The position numbers and the translations under genes were made by a program. 64,000 nucleotides of DNA from the human T2T-CHM13v2.0 reference genome, Homo sapiens: assembly GCF_009914755.1 (NCBI RefSeq), contig NC_060938.1; one strand, written 5' to 3'. Numbering within the stretch: position 1 is the stretch's first letter; each line of letters starts with the position of its first letter. Below the pieces are notes generated by a model that worked only from the letters and a program-made list of their open reading frames with translations, did not search any database and was not told where the DNA came from. Positions 16,101-28,096 of the stretch are shown here, in pieces.

Positions 16101-19100
16101 AACTTCTTTATGATGTGTGCATTCAACTCACAGAGTTGAAACTTTCTTTTGATTGACCAGTTTGGAAACATTATTTTTTCAGAAACTGCAAGTGGATATG
16201 TGGAGCCTTTTGCGGCCTAAGGTGGAAGAGGAAATATCTTCACATAAAAACTACACAGAAGCATTCTGACAAACTATCTTGTGATGTGCGCATTCATCTG
16301 ACAGAGTTGAATCTTTCTTTTGATGGAGCAGTTTTGAAACACTCTTTTGTAGAATTTGCAAGTGGATCTTTGGAGAGCTTTGAGGCCTATTGTGGAAAAG
16401 ACAATATCTTCAAATAAAAACTACACAAAAGAGTCTGAGATACTTTTTGCAATATGTGCATTCATTTCACCTTTCTTTTGACTGTGCAGTTTGGAAATAC
16501 TCTTAGTGCGATCTGCAAGTGGATATTTGCAGTGCTATGTGGCATATTGAGGAAAAGGAAATATCTTCCTATAAAAAATACACAGAAGCATTCTGAGAAA
16601 CTTATTTGTGATGTGTGCATTCAACTCACGGAGTTGAACCTGTCTTTTGATAAGCAGTTTTGAAACTCTCTTTTTTTGGAATCTGCAGGTGGATATTTGG
16701 AGCGCTTTGAGGCCTATGGTGTAAAAGGTAATATCTTCACATAAAAACTACACAGAAGCATTCAAAGAAACTTCTTTGTGATGTGTGCATTCAACTCACA
16801 GAGTTTAACTTATCTTTTTATTGAGAAGCTTTGAAAATCTCTTTTTGTAGAATCTGCAAGTGGATATTTAGAGCCTGTTGCAGCCTGTGGTGGAAAATGT
16901 AATATCTTCGCTTAAAAGCTACACAGAAGCATTCTGAAAAAATTTCTTGGTTATGTGTGCATTCATTTCACAGAGTTCAACATTTCTTTTGATTGAGCGT
17001 TTTGAAACACTATTTTTGTAGAATCTTCAAGTGGATATTTGGAGCCTTTTGAGTCCTGTGTTGGAAAAGGAAATGACTTCACATAAAAACTACATGGAAG
17101 CATTCTGAGAAACTTTTTTGTGATGTGTACATTAATCTCAAGGAGTTGAACATTGCTTTTGATTGAGCAGTTTTGACACATTCTTTTTTGTAGAATCTGC
17201 AAGTGGATATTTGGAGCACTTTGAGGCCTATTGTGGAAAAGGAAATATATTCACATGAAAACAACACAGAAACATTCAGACAAACTTTCTGCGATGTGTG
17301 TGTTCATCTCACAGAGTTGAACTTTTCTTTTTATTGAGCAGTTTTCAAACACTGTTTTTGTAATATCTCTAAGTGGATATTTGGAGCACATTGAGGCCTA
17401 TGGTGGAAAAGGATATATCTTCACATAAAATCTACACAGAAGCATTCTGAGAAACTTCTTTCTGATGTGTGCCTTCAAATCACAAATTTGAACCTATCTT
17501 TTAATTGCACAGTTTTCAAACTCTCTTTTTGTAGAATCTGCAAGTGGATATTTGGAGCCCTTTGTGGCTTCTGGTGGAAAAGGAAATAACTTCCCATAAA
17601 AACTACACAGAAGCATTCTGAGAAACTTCATTGTCATGTGTGCATTCATCTCAGAGAGTTGAACCTTTCTTTTCACTGAGCAGTTTTGAAACAGTCTTTT
17701 TGTAGAATCTGCAAGTGGATATTTGGAGCCCCTTGAGGCCTATTGTGGAAAAGAAAATATCTTCACATAAAAACAACACAGATGCATTCTGAGAAACTTC
17801 TTTGCAATGTGTGGATTCATCTCACAGAGTTCAACTTTCTTTTGATTGAGCAATTTTGAAACAAACTTTTTGTAGAATCTGCAAGTAGATATTTGGAGTG
17901 CACTGAGGCCTATGGTGGAAAAGGAAATATCTTCATATAAAGCTACACAGAAGCATTCTGAGAAACTTCTTTGTGACATGTTCGTTCAACACACGTTGAT
18001 GAAGATTTCTATTGATTGAGCAGTTTTGAAAACCACTATTTGTAGAATCTGCAAGTGGATATTTGTAGTGATTAGAGGCCTATTGTGGAAAAGGAAATAT
18101 CTTCACATAAAAACTACACAGAAGCATTCTGAAGAGCTTGTTTGTGATGAGTGCATTCAGATCACAGAGTTGAACCTATCTTTTGTTTGAGCAATTTTGA
18201 AACTCTCTTTTTGTAGAATCTGCAAGTGGATATTTGGAGGCCTTTGTGGCCTATGGTGGAAAAGGAAATATCTTCACATAAAAACTACACAGAAGCATTC
18301 TGAGAAATGTCTTTTGACGTGTGCATTCATCTCATAGAGCACTTTGAGGCCCATTGTGGAAAAGGAAATATCTTCACATAAAAACTACACAGAAGCATTA
18401 TGAGAAAGTTCTGTGTGACTTGTGCATTCATCTCACAGTTGTAAATTTATTTTGATTGAACAGTTGGAAACACTCTTTTAGTAAAATCTACAAGTGGATA
18501 CTTGGAGCGTTTTGAGGCCTATTGTAGAAATGGAAATATCTTCACATAAAAACTAAACAGAAGCATTCTGAGAAACTTCTTTGAGATGTGTGCATTGAAC
18601 TCAGCGTTGTACCTATCTTTTGATAGAGGAGTTTTGAAACTCTCTTTATGTAGAATCTGCAAGTGAATATTTGGAGCCCTTTTTGACCTATGGTGTAAAA
18701 GGAAATACCTTCACATAAAAACTACACAGAAGCATTCTGAGAAACTTCTTTGTGATATGTGCATTCTTCTCAAAGAGAAGAAACTTTAATTCGATTGAAT
18801 AGTTTTGAAACACTCTTTTTGTAGAATCTGCAAGTGGATATTTGGAACGCTTTGGAGAGAATGGTGAAAATGGAAATATCTTCATATAAAAACTATGGAG
18901 AAGCATTGTGAGAAACGTCTTTGTGATGAGTGCATTCAACTCACAGAGTTGAACCTTTCTTTTGATTGAGCAGTTTTGAATCCCTCTTTTTGTAAAATCT
19001 GCAAGTGGATATTTGGAGCATTTTGGGGCCTCTGGTGAAAAGAAATATCTTCACATAAAAACTATACAAAAGCACTCTGAGAAACTTCTTTGTGATGTGT

Positions 19101-22100
19101 GCATACAACTCGCAGAGTTGAACCATTCTTTTGAATATGCAGTTTTGAAACACTCTTTTTGTAGAATCTGCAAGTAGATACTCAGAGGGCTTTGTGGAGT
19201 ATTGTGGAAAAGGAAATAACTTTGCATAAAAGCTAGACAGACGCATTCTGAGAAACTTCTTTGTGATGTGTGCATTCAACTCACAGAGTTGAAACTTTCT
19301 TTTGATTGAGCAGTTTTGAAACACTGCTTTTGTAAAATCTGCAAGTGGATATTTGGTGCACTTTGCGGCCTATGGTGGAAAAGCAAATATATTCACGTAA
19401 CAACTAGACAGAAGTATTCTGAGAATCTTCTTTGTGATGTGTTCATTCACATCACAGAGTTTTAACTTTTTTTATTGAGGAGGTTTGAAACACTCTTTTT
19501 GTAGAGTCTGCAAGCGGGTGTTTGGAACATTTTGTGGCCTATAGTGGAAAAGGATGTATATTCACATAAAAACTAGACAGAAGCATTCTGAAAAACTTAT
19601 TTTTGATGTGTGCATTCATCTCAAAGAGTTCAACCTTTCTTTTGATTGAGCAGTTTTGAAACACGCTTTTTGGAGAATCTGTAAGTGGATATTTGGAGCG
19701 CTTTGAGGCCTATGGTGGTAAAGGAAATATCTTCACATAAAAACTACACAGAAGCATTCTGAGATACTTCTTTGTGATGTGTGCATTCATCTCACATAGT
19801 TGGACCATTCTTTTGATTGAGCAGTTTTGAAACACTCTCTTTGTAGAATGTGCAAGTGGATATTTGGAACACTTTGATGAGTATGGTGGAAAAGGAAATA
19901 TCTTCACATAAAAACTAGACAGAAGTACCCTGAGAAACTTCTTTGTGATGTGTGCATTCATCTCAGATTTGAAAATTTCTTTTGATTGAGCAGTTTTGAA
20001 TCGCTCTTTTTTTTAGGATCTGCCAGGGGATATTTCGAGTGCTTTCAGGCCTATGGTGGAGAAGGAAATATCCTCACATAAAAATTAGAGAGAAGCATTC
20101 TGAGAAACTTCTTTGTTATGTGTGCATACATCTCACAGAGTTTAAACTTTCTATTGACTTAGCATTTTTTAAACACTTTTTGTAGGATCTGCGGTGGATA
20201 TTTGGAGCCCTTTGGGGCCTATGGTGGAAAAGAATTATCTTCTCATAAAAACAAGGCAGAAGCATTCTGAGAAACTTCTTTGTGATGTGTGCGTACATCT
20301 CACAGATTTGAAACTTTCCTTTGATTGAACATTTTTGAAACACTCTTTTGGTAGAATCTGCAAGTGCATATTTAGAGTGCTTTGAGTCGTGTGGTGGAAA
20401 AGGAAATATCTTCACGTAAACACTAGACAGAAGCATTCTGAGAAACGTCTTTGTGATGTGTCCATTCATCTAACAGAGGTGAAACTTTCTTTTCATTGAG
20501 CAGTTTTGAAACACTCTTTTTATAGAATCTGCAAGTGGATATTTGGAGCACTTTGGAGAGAATGGTGGAAATGGAAATATCTTCATATAAAAACTACGGA
20601 GAAGCATTCTGAGAAACGGTTTTGTTATGTGTGCCTTCAACTCACAGAGTTGAACCTTTCTTTTGATTGAGCAGTTTTGAATCCCTCTTTTTGTATAATC
20701 TGCAAGTGGATATTTGGAGAGCTTTGGTGCCTATGGTGGAAAAGGAAATATCTTCACATAAAAACTACACAAAAGCATTCTGAGAAACTTCTTTCTGATG
20801 TGTGCATACAACTCACAGAGTCGAAACTTTCTTTTGATTGTGCAGTTTTGAAACACTTCTTTTGTAGAATCTGCAAGTGGATATTCAGAGGGCTTTGTGG
20901 AGTATAGTGGAAAAGGAAATAACTTTGGATAAAAGCTAGACAGCAGCATTCTGAGAAACTTCTTTGTGATGTGTGCATTCAACTCACAGAGTTGAACCTT
21001 TCTTTTGTTTGAGCAGTTTTGAAACACTATTTTTGTAAAATCTGCAAGTGGATACTTGGCGCGCTTTGCGGCCTATGGTGGAAAAGCAAATATCTTCACA
21101 TAAAAACTAGAGAGAAGCATTCTGAGAATGTTCTTTGTGAGGTGTGCATTCACCTCACAGAGTTGAAACTTTTTTGTTGAGGAGGTTTAAAACACTCTTT
21201 TTGTAGAATCCGCAAGTGGGTGTTTGGAGCACTTTGTGGCCTATAGTGGAAAAGGATGTATATTCACATAAAAACTAGACAGAAGCATTCTGAGAAATTA
21301 CTTTGTGATGTGTGCATTCATCACAAAGAGTTGAACCTTTCTTTTGGTTGAGCAGTTTTGAAGCACTCTTTTTGTAGAATCTGTAAGTGGATATTTGGAG
21401 TTCTTTGAGGCTTATGGTGGTAAAGGAAATATCTTCACACAAAAACTACACAGAAGCATTCTGAGAAACTTCTGTGTGATGTATGCATTCATCTCACAGG
21501 GTTGAACCTTTCTTTTGTTTGAGCAGTATTCAAACACTGTTTTTGTGGAATCTGCCATTCGATATTTGGAGAGCTTTGAGGCCTATGTTGGTAAAGGAAA
21601 TATCTTCAAATAAAATCTGGACAGAAGCATTCTGAGAAACTACTTTGTGATATGTGCATTCAACTCACAAAGTTGAACATATCTTTGAGGAGTTTGGAAA
21701 CATTCTTTTTGTAGCATCTGCAAATGTATATTTGGAGCGCTTTGAGGCCTATAGTTGAAAAGGAAATATCTTCACATAAAAACCAGACAAAAGCATTCTT
21801 AGAAACTCCTTTATGATGTGTGCTTTTATCTCACATAATTCAACATTTCCTTTCATTGAGCAGTTTTGGAACACTTTTTTTGTGGAATCCGCAATTGGAT
21901 ATTTGGAAAGCTTTGCCTCCTATAGTGAAAAAGGAAATATCTTCACATAAAAACTAGACAGAAGCATTCTGGGAATCTTCTCTGTGACGAGTGCATTCAT
22001 CTCACTGGGTTGAACCTTTCTTTTGATTAAGTAGTTTTGAAACACTCTTTTTCTAGAATCTGCAGGTAGATATATGGAACACTTTGAGGCCTATGGTGGA

Positions 22101-24916
22101 AAAGGAAATATCTTCACATAAAAACTACACAGAAGCATTCTGAGAAACTTCTTTATGATGTGTGCAATGATCTCACAGAGTTGAAACTTTGTTTTGATTG
22201 AGCAGTTTTGAAACACCGCTTTTGTAGAATCTGTAAGTGGATATTTGGAGTGCTTTGTTCCCTATTGTAGAGGAAATATCTGCACATAAAACTAGACAGA
22301 AGCATTCTGAGAAACTTCTTTGTGATGTGTGCATTCATCTCACACAGTTGAACTTTTCTTTTGATTCATCACTTTTGAAACACTCTTTTTGAAGAATATG
22401 CAAGTGGATATTTGAAGCGCTTTGTGGCCTATAGTGGAAAATTTTATATCTTCACATAAAAACTAGACAGAAGCATTCTGAGAAACTTCTTTGGGATATA
22501 TGCATTCATCTCACAGACTTGAATCTATTTTGATTTAGCATTTTAGAAACACCCTTTTGTAAAATCTGCAAGTGGATATTTTGAGCGCTTTGCATCCTCT
22601 AGTGGAAAAGGAAATATCTTCACACAGAAAAAAGACAGAAGCATTCTGAGAAACCTGTGTGTGATGTGAGCATTCCTCTCACAGAGTTGAACCTTTCTTT
22701 TGATTGAGCAGTTTTGAAACACACTTTTTGTTGAATCTGCAATTGGATATTTGGAGAGCCTTGGGGCCTATGGTGGAAAAGTAAATATCTTCACATAATA
22801 ACTGCACAGAGGTATTCTAAGAAACTTCCTTCTGATGTGCACATTCAGTTCACTGAATTGTACCTTTCCTTTGATTGAGCAGTTTTGAAACACTCTTTTG
22901 CAGAATCTGCAATTGGATATTTGAAGCTCTTTCCAGTCTCAAGTGGAAAAGGAAATATCTTCACATAAAAAATAGACAGAAGCATTCTGTGAAACTTTTT
23001 GTGATGTGTGCATTCTTCTAACAGAGTTGAACTTTTATTTTGACTGAGCAATTTTGAAACACTCTTTTTGTAGATTCTGCAAGTGGACATTTGGAGCTCT
23101 TTCAGTCCTATGGTGGTAAAGGAAATAACTTCACACAAAAACTAGACAGAAGCATTCTGAGAAACTCCTTTGTGATGTGTGCATTCATCTCACAGGTTTG
23201 AACCTTTCTTTTGGTTGAGCAGTTTTGAAACACACTTTTTGTAGAATCTGAAGGTGGATATTTGGAACACTTTGGGGCCTATGGTATAAAAGGAAATATC
23301 TTCACATAAAAACTAGACAGAGCATTCTGAGAAACAACTTTGTGATGCGTGCTTTCATCTCACAAAGTTGAACGTTTCTTTTGATTGAGTAGTATTGAAA
23401 CACACATTTGTAGACTCTACCAGTGGATATTTGGAGTGCTTTGGGGCCTACGGTGGAAAAGGATATATCTTCACATAAAAACTAGACAGAAGCATTCTGA
23501 GAAACTTCTTTGTGATGTGTGCATTCAACTAACACTGTTGAACCCTTCTTTTGATTGAGCAATTTTGAATCACTTTTTTTGTAGAATCTGCAAGTGAATA
23601 TTTGGAGTGCTTTGCAGACTACAGTTTAAAAGGGAATATATTCACCTAAAAACTAGACAGAAGCATTCTGATAAACTTTGTTGTAATGTGTGCATTCAAC
23701 TAACAGAGTTGAACCTTTCTTTTGATTGAGCAGTCTGGAAACACTCTTTTTGAAGAATCTGTAAGTGGATATTTGGAGCACTTTGCAGCCTATTGTGGAA
23801 AAGGATAAATCTTCAAATAAAAACTAGACAGAAGCATTCTGAGAAACGTCTTTGTGAGATGTGCATTCATCTCACAGACTTGAACCTTTCTTTCGATTGA
23901 GCAGTTTTGAAACACTCTTTTTGTAGAATCTGCAAGGGATATTTGAAGAGCTTTGAGGCCTAATGTGGAAAAGGAATTATCTTCACATAAAAACTAGACA
24001 GAAGCATTCTGAGAATCTTCTTTGTGAAGTGTGCATTCATCTCACAGAGCTGAAACTTTCTTTTGATTCAGCAGTTTTGAAGTACTCTATTTATGGAATC
24101 TGCTTGTGGATTTTTGGAGCGCTTTGAGGCATGTGGTGGAAAAGGAAATATCTTCACATGAAAACTAGACAGAAGCATTCTGAGAAAATTCTTTGTTATG
24201 TGCGCATTCAACTCACGGAGTTGAACCTTTCTTTTGATTGAGCAGTTTGGAAACACTCTTTTTGTAGTATCTGCAAGTGGATATATGGAGCGCTTTGTGG
24301 CCTATAGTGGATAAGGAAATATCTTCAAATAAAAACCAGACAGAAGCATTCTGAGGAACTTCTTCATGTTGTGTGCATTCATCTCACAGAGTTGAACATT
24401 TGCTGTGATTGGGAAGTTTGAAACACCCTTTTCACAGAATCTGCAAGTTGATATTTGGAGTGCTTTGAGGCCTATATTGGAAAAGGAAATATCTTCACAT
24501 ATATACAGGAAAGAAACATTCTGGGAAACTACTTTGTGATGTGCATTCAATTCACAGAGCTGAACATTTCCTTTGATTGAGCTGCTTGGAAAGCGTCTTT
24601 CTGTAGTGTCTGCAAACGGACATTTTGAGTGCTTTGAGGCCTATGGTGGAAAAGGAAATATCTTCACATAAACACTAGACAGAAGCATTCTGAGAAAATT
24701 TTTTGTGATGTGTGCATTCAACTCACAGAGTTGAACCTTTCTTTTGATCGAGGAGTTTGGAAGCAGTCTTTTTGTAATATCTACAAATGGATATTTGCAT
24801 CACTTTACTTCATGGAATGGAAAAGGAAACATCTTAACATAAAAACTAGACAAAAGCATACTGAGAAACTTCTTTGTGATGTGTCCATTCATCTCATAGA
24901 GTAAAATCTTCCTTTT
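4120..24916 (+). repeat. Monomeric (diverged) alpha satellite, ~120 monomers of ~171 bp, A-type
   Basis: Continuous head-to-tail repeats of cattctgagaaacttctttgtgatgtgtgcattca...gtggatatttggag...ggaaaaggaaatatcttcacataaaaacta(c/g)acagaag. Each monomer has private substitutions, and there is no long exact periodicity. The box position carries the pJ-alpha-like ctatggtggaaaagg rather than a CENP-B box. Confidence 0.96.
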
Positions 24917-27900
24917 GATTGAGCAGGTTTGAAACACTCTTTTTGTAGAATCTGCAAGTGGATATTTGGAGCGCTCTGTGGCCCATAGTGGAAAAGGAAA
25001 TATCTTCATAAAAAAAATAAACAGAAGCACTTTGAGAAAGTTCTCTGTGTTGTATGCAGTCATATCTCAGACATGAAACTTTCTTTGGTACAGCAGTTTT
25101 AAAACACTCTTTTTGGAGATTCTGAAAGTAGATATTTGGAGAGACTTGAGGACTACGGTGGAAAAGGAAATATCTTCACAAAAAAACTAGACAGAAACAT
25201 TCTGAGAAGCTTCTTTGTGATGTGTGCATCCATCTCAAAGAGTTGAACCTTTCTTTTGATTGAGCATTTTTGAAGCACTCTTTTTGTAGAATCTTCAAGT
25301 GGATATTTGGAGTGTTTGTGGCCTGTGGTGGAAAAGGAAATATATTCACATAAAAACTAGATAGAAGCATTCTGAGAAACTTCTTTGTGATGTGCTCATT
25401 CAACTCACAGAGTTGAACTTTTCTTTTGATTGAGCAGTTTGGAAACAGTCTTTTTGTAGAATCTGCAGGTGGATATTTGGAGCGCATTACGGCCTATAGT
25501 GGAAAAGGAAATATATTCACATAAAAACTAGACAGAAGCATTCTGAGAAACTTCTTTGTGATGTGCTCATTCAACTCACAGAGTTGAACTTTTCTTTTGT
25601 TTGAGCAGTTTGCAAACAGTCTTTTGTAGAATCTGCAAGTGGATATTAGGAGTGCATTACGGCCTATAGTGGAAAATGAAATAACTTCACATAAAAAATA
25701 GACAGAAACATTATGAGAAACTGCTCTATGATGCGTGCATTCATCACCAGAGTTGAATTTCTCTTTTGATTGAACAGTTTTGAAACACTCTTTCTGTAGA
25801 ATCTGAAAGGGATATTTGGAGCGCTTTGCAGCCTATGGTGAAAAAGGAAATATCTTCACATAAAAGCTAGACAGAAGCATTCTAAGAAAGTGCTTTGTGA
25901 TGTGTGCATTCATCTCACAGAGTTGAATCATTCTTTTGTTTGACCAGTTTTGAAACTCTCTTTTTGTAGAATCTACAAGTGGATATTTTCAACGCTTTGA
26001 GGCCTATGGTGGAAAAGAAAATATCTTCACATAAAAACTAGTCAGAAGCATTCTGAGAAACTTCTTTGTGACGTGTGCATTCAACTCATGGAGTTCAACC
26101 TTTCTTTTGATTCAGCAGTTTGGAAACAGTCTTTTTACAGTATCTGCAGATGGATATTTGGAGAGCTTTGAGGTCTACGGTGGAAAAGGAAATATCTTCC
26201 CATAAAAACTAGACAGCAGCATTCTGAGAAACTTATTTGTGATCTGCGCATTCATCTCACAGAGTTGAACCTTTCTTTTGATTCAGCAGTTTTGAAACTG
26301 TCGTTTTGTAGAATCTGCAAAGGAATATTTGTGAGCCCATTGAGGCTTCTGGGGTGATAGGAAATATCTTCACATAAAAACTAGACAGATAATTTCTGAG
26401 AAACTATTTTGTCATGTGTGACTTCTACTCACCGGGTTGAAACTTTCTCTTGATTGAGCAGTTTGGAAACAGTCTTTTTGTAGAATCTGCAAATTGATAT
26501 TTGGAGTGCTTTTGGCCTACGTTGAAAAACGAAATATCTTCCCATAAAAAGTAGGCAGAAGTTTTGGAGAAATTTATTTTGATGTGTGCATTCATCTCAC
26601 ACAGTTGAAATTTTCTTTTGATTGAGCAGTGTGGATACACTCGTTTTGCAGAGTCTGCAAGTGGATATTTGGAGCACTTTGTGGCCTATAGTGAAAAAGG
26701 AAATATCTTCACATAAAAACTAGATAGAAGAATTCTGAGAAACTTCCTTTGAATGTGCGCATTCATCTCACACTGTTGAACTTTTTTTTTCATTGAGCAC
26801 CTTCTAAACAGTCATTTTGTAGAATATGCAAAGGAATATTTGTGAGCCCATTGATGCCTCTGGGGAAACAGGAAATATCTTCACATAAAAACGAGACAGA
26901 ATCTTTCTCAGAAACGTCTTGGTGATGTGTGCATTCACCTCACTGAGTTGAACTTTATTTTGATTGAGCAGTTTGGAAACAGTCTTTTCTAGTATCTGCA
27001 AATGGATATTTTAAGCACTCTGAGGCCTACGGTGAAAAAGGAAATATCTTCAATATAAATCAGACAGAAGCATTCATAGAAACTTCTTTGTGATGTGTGC
27101 ATTCATCTCACCGACTAGAACCTTTCTTTTGATTGAGCAGTTTTGAAACACTCTTTTAGCGGAATCTGCAAGTGTTTATTTGGAGCACATGAGGAATATG
27201 GTGGAAAAGGAATCTTCTTCACATAAAAACGAGACGGAAGCATTCTGAGAAACTTCTCTGTGATGGATGCATTCATTTCACAGAGTTAAACCTTTCCTGT
27301 GATTGAGCGGTTTGGAAACAGTAGTTTTTCATAATCTGCAGAAGGATACTTGTGAGCCGATTGAGGTCTATGGGGTGATAAGAAATATGTTCACATAAAA
27401 ACTAGATAGAAAGTTTCTGAGAAACTTCTTTGTGATATTTGCTTTTATCTCATAGAGTTGAAACTTTATTTTTATTGAGCAGTTTGGGAACAGTCTTTTT
27501 GTAGTATCTGCAAATGGATATTACCAGTGCTTTGAGGCCTATTTTGAAAAAGGAAATATCTTCACATAAAAACAAGGCAGAAGCATTCTGAGAAACTTCT
27601 TTTTGATGTCTGCATTCATCTCGCAGAGTTGAACCTTTCTTTTGATTGAGCAGTTTTGAAACGCTCTATTTGTAGTATCTGCAAGTGGATATTTGGAACG
27701 CTTTGAGGCCTATAGTGGAAAAGGAAATATCTTCACATAAAAAACTAGAAAGAAGAATTCTGAGAAACATCCTAGGAAGGTGTATTTTCGTCTCACACTG
27801 TTAAACCCGTCTTTTGATTAAGCAGCTTCGATACAGTCATTTAGTAGAATATGAAAGGGAATATTTGAGAGCCCATTGAGGCCTCTGGGGAAATAAGAAA

Positions 27901-28096
27901 TATCTTCACCTAAAAACTAGACAAAAGCTTTCTGAGAAACACCCTTGTGATGTGTGCATTCATCATACACAGTTGAACTTTCTTTTGATTGAGCAGTTTG
28001 GATACAGTCATTTGTATTATCTGTAAATGGATATTTGGAGTGTACTGAGGCCTATGGTGAAAAAGGAAATATCCTCACATAAAATTCAGATGGAAG
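24857..28096 (+). repeat. Edge HOR unit: 19-mer variant (3240 bp) with an m7/m11 hybrid monomer
   Basis: The monomer at 25878 starts as m7 (cattctaagaaagtgc) and ends as m11 (ttcttttgtttga...ggatattttca). Monomers m8-m10 are absent. Confidence 0.88.

Noticed and set aside
26517-26534. ctacgttgaaaaacgaaa in m14 resembles a CENP-B box
   Set aside because: It has TACG instead of TTCG, the second CG is shifted by one base and the GGG is missing, so the essential positions are not met.
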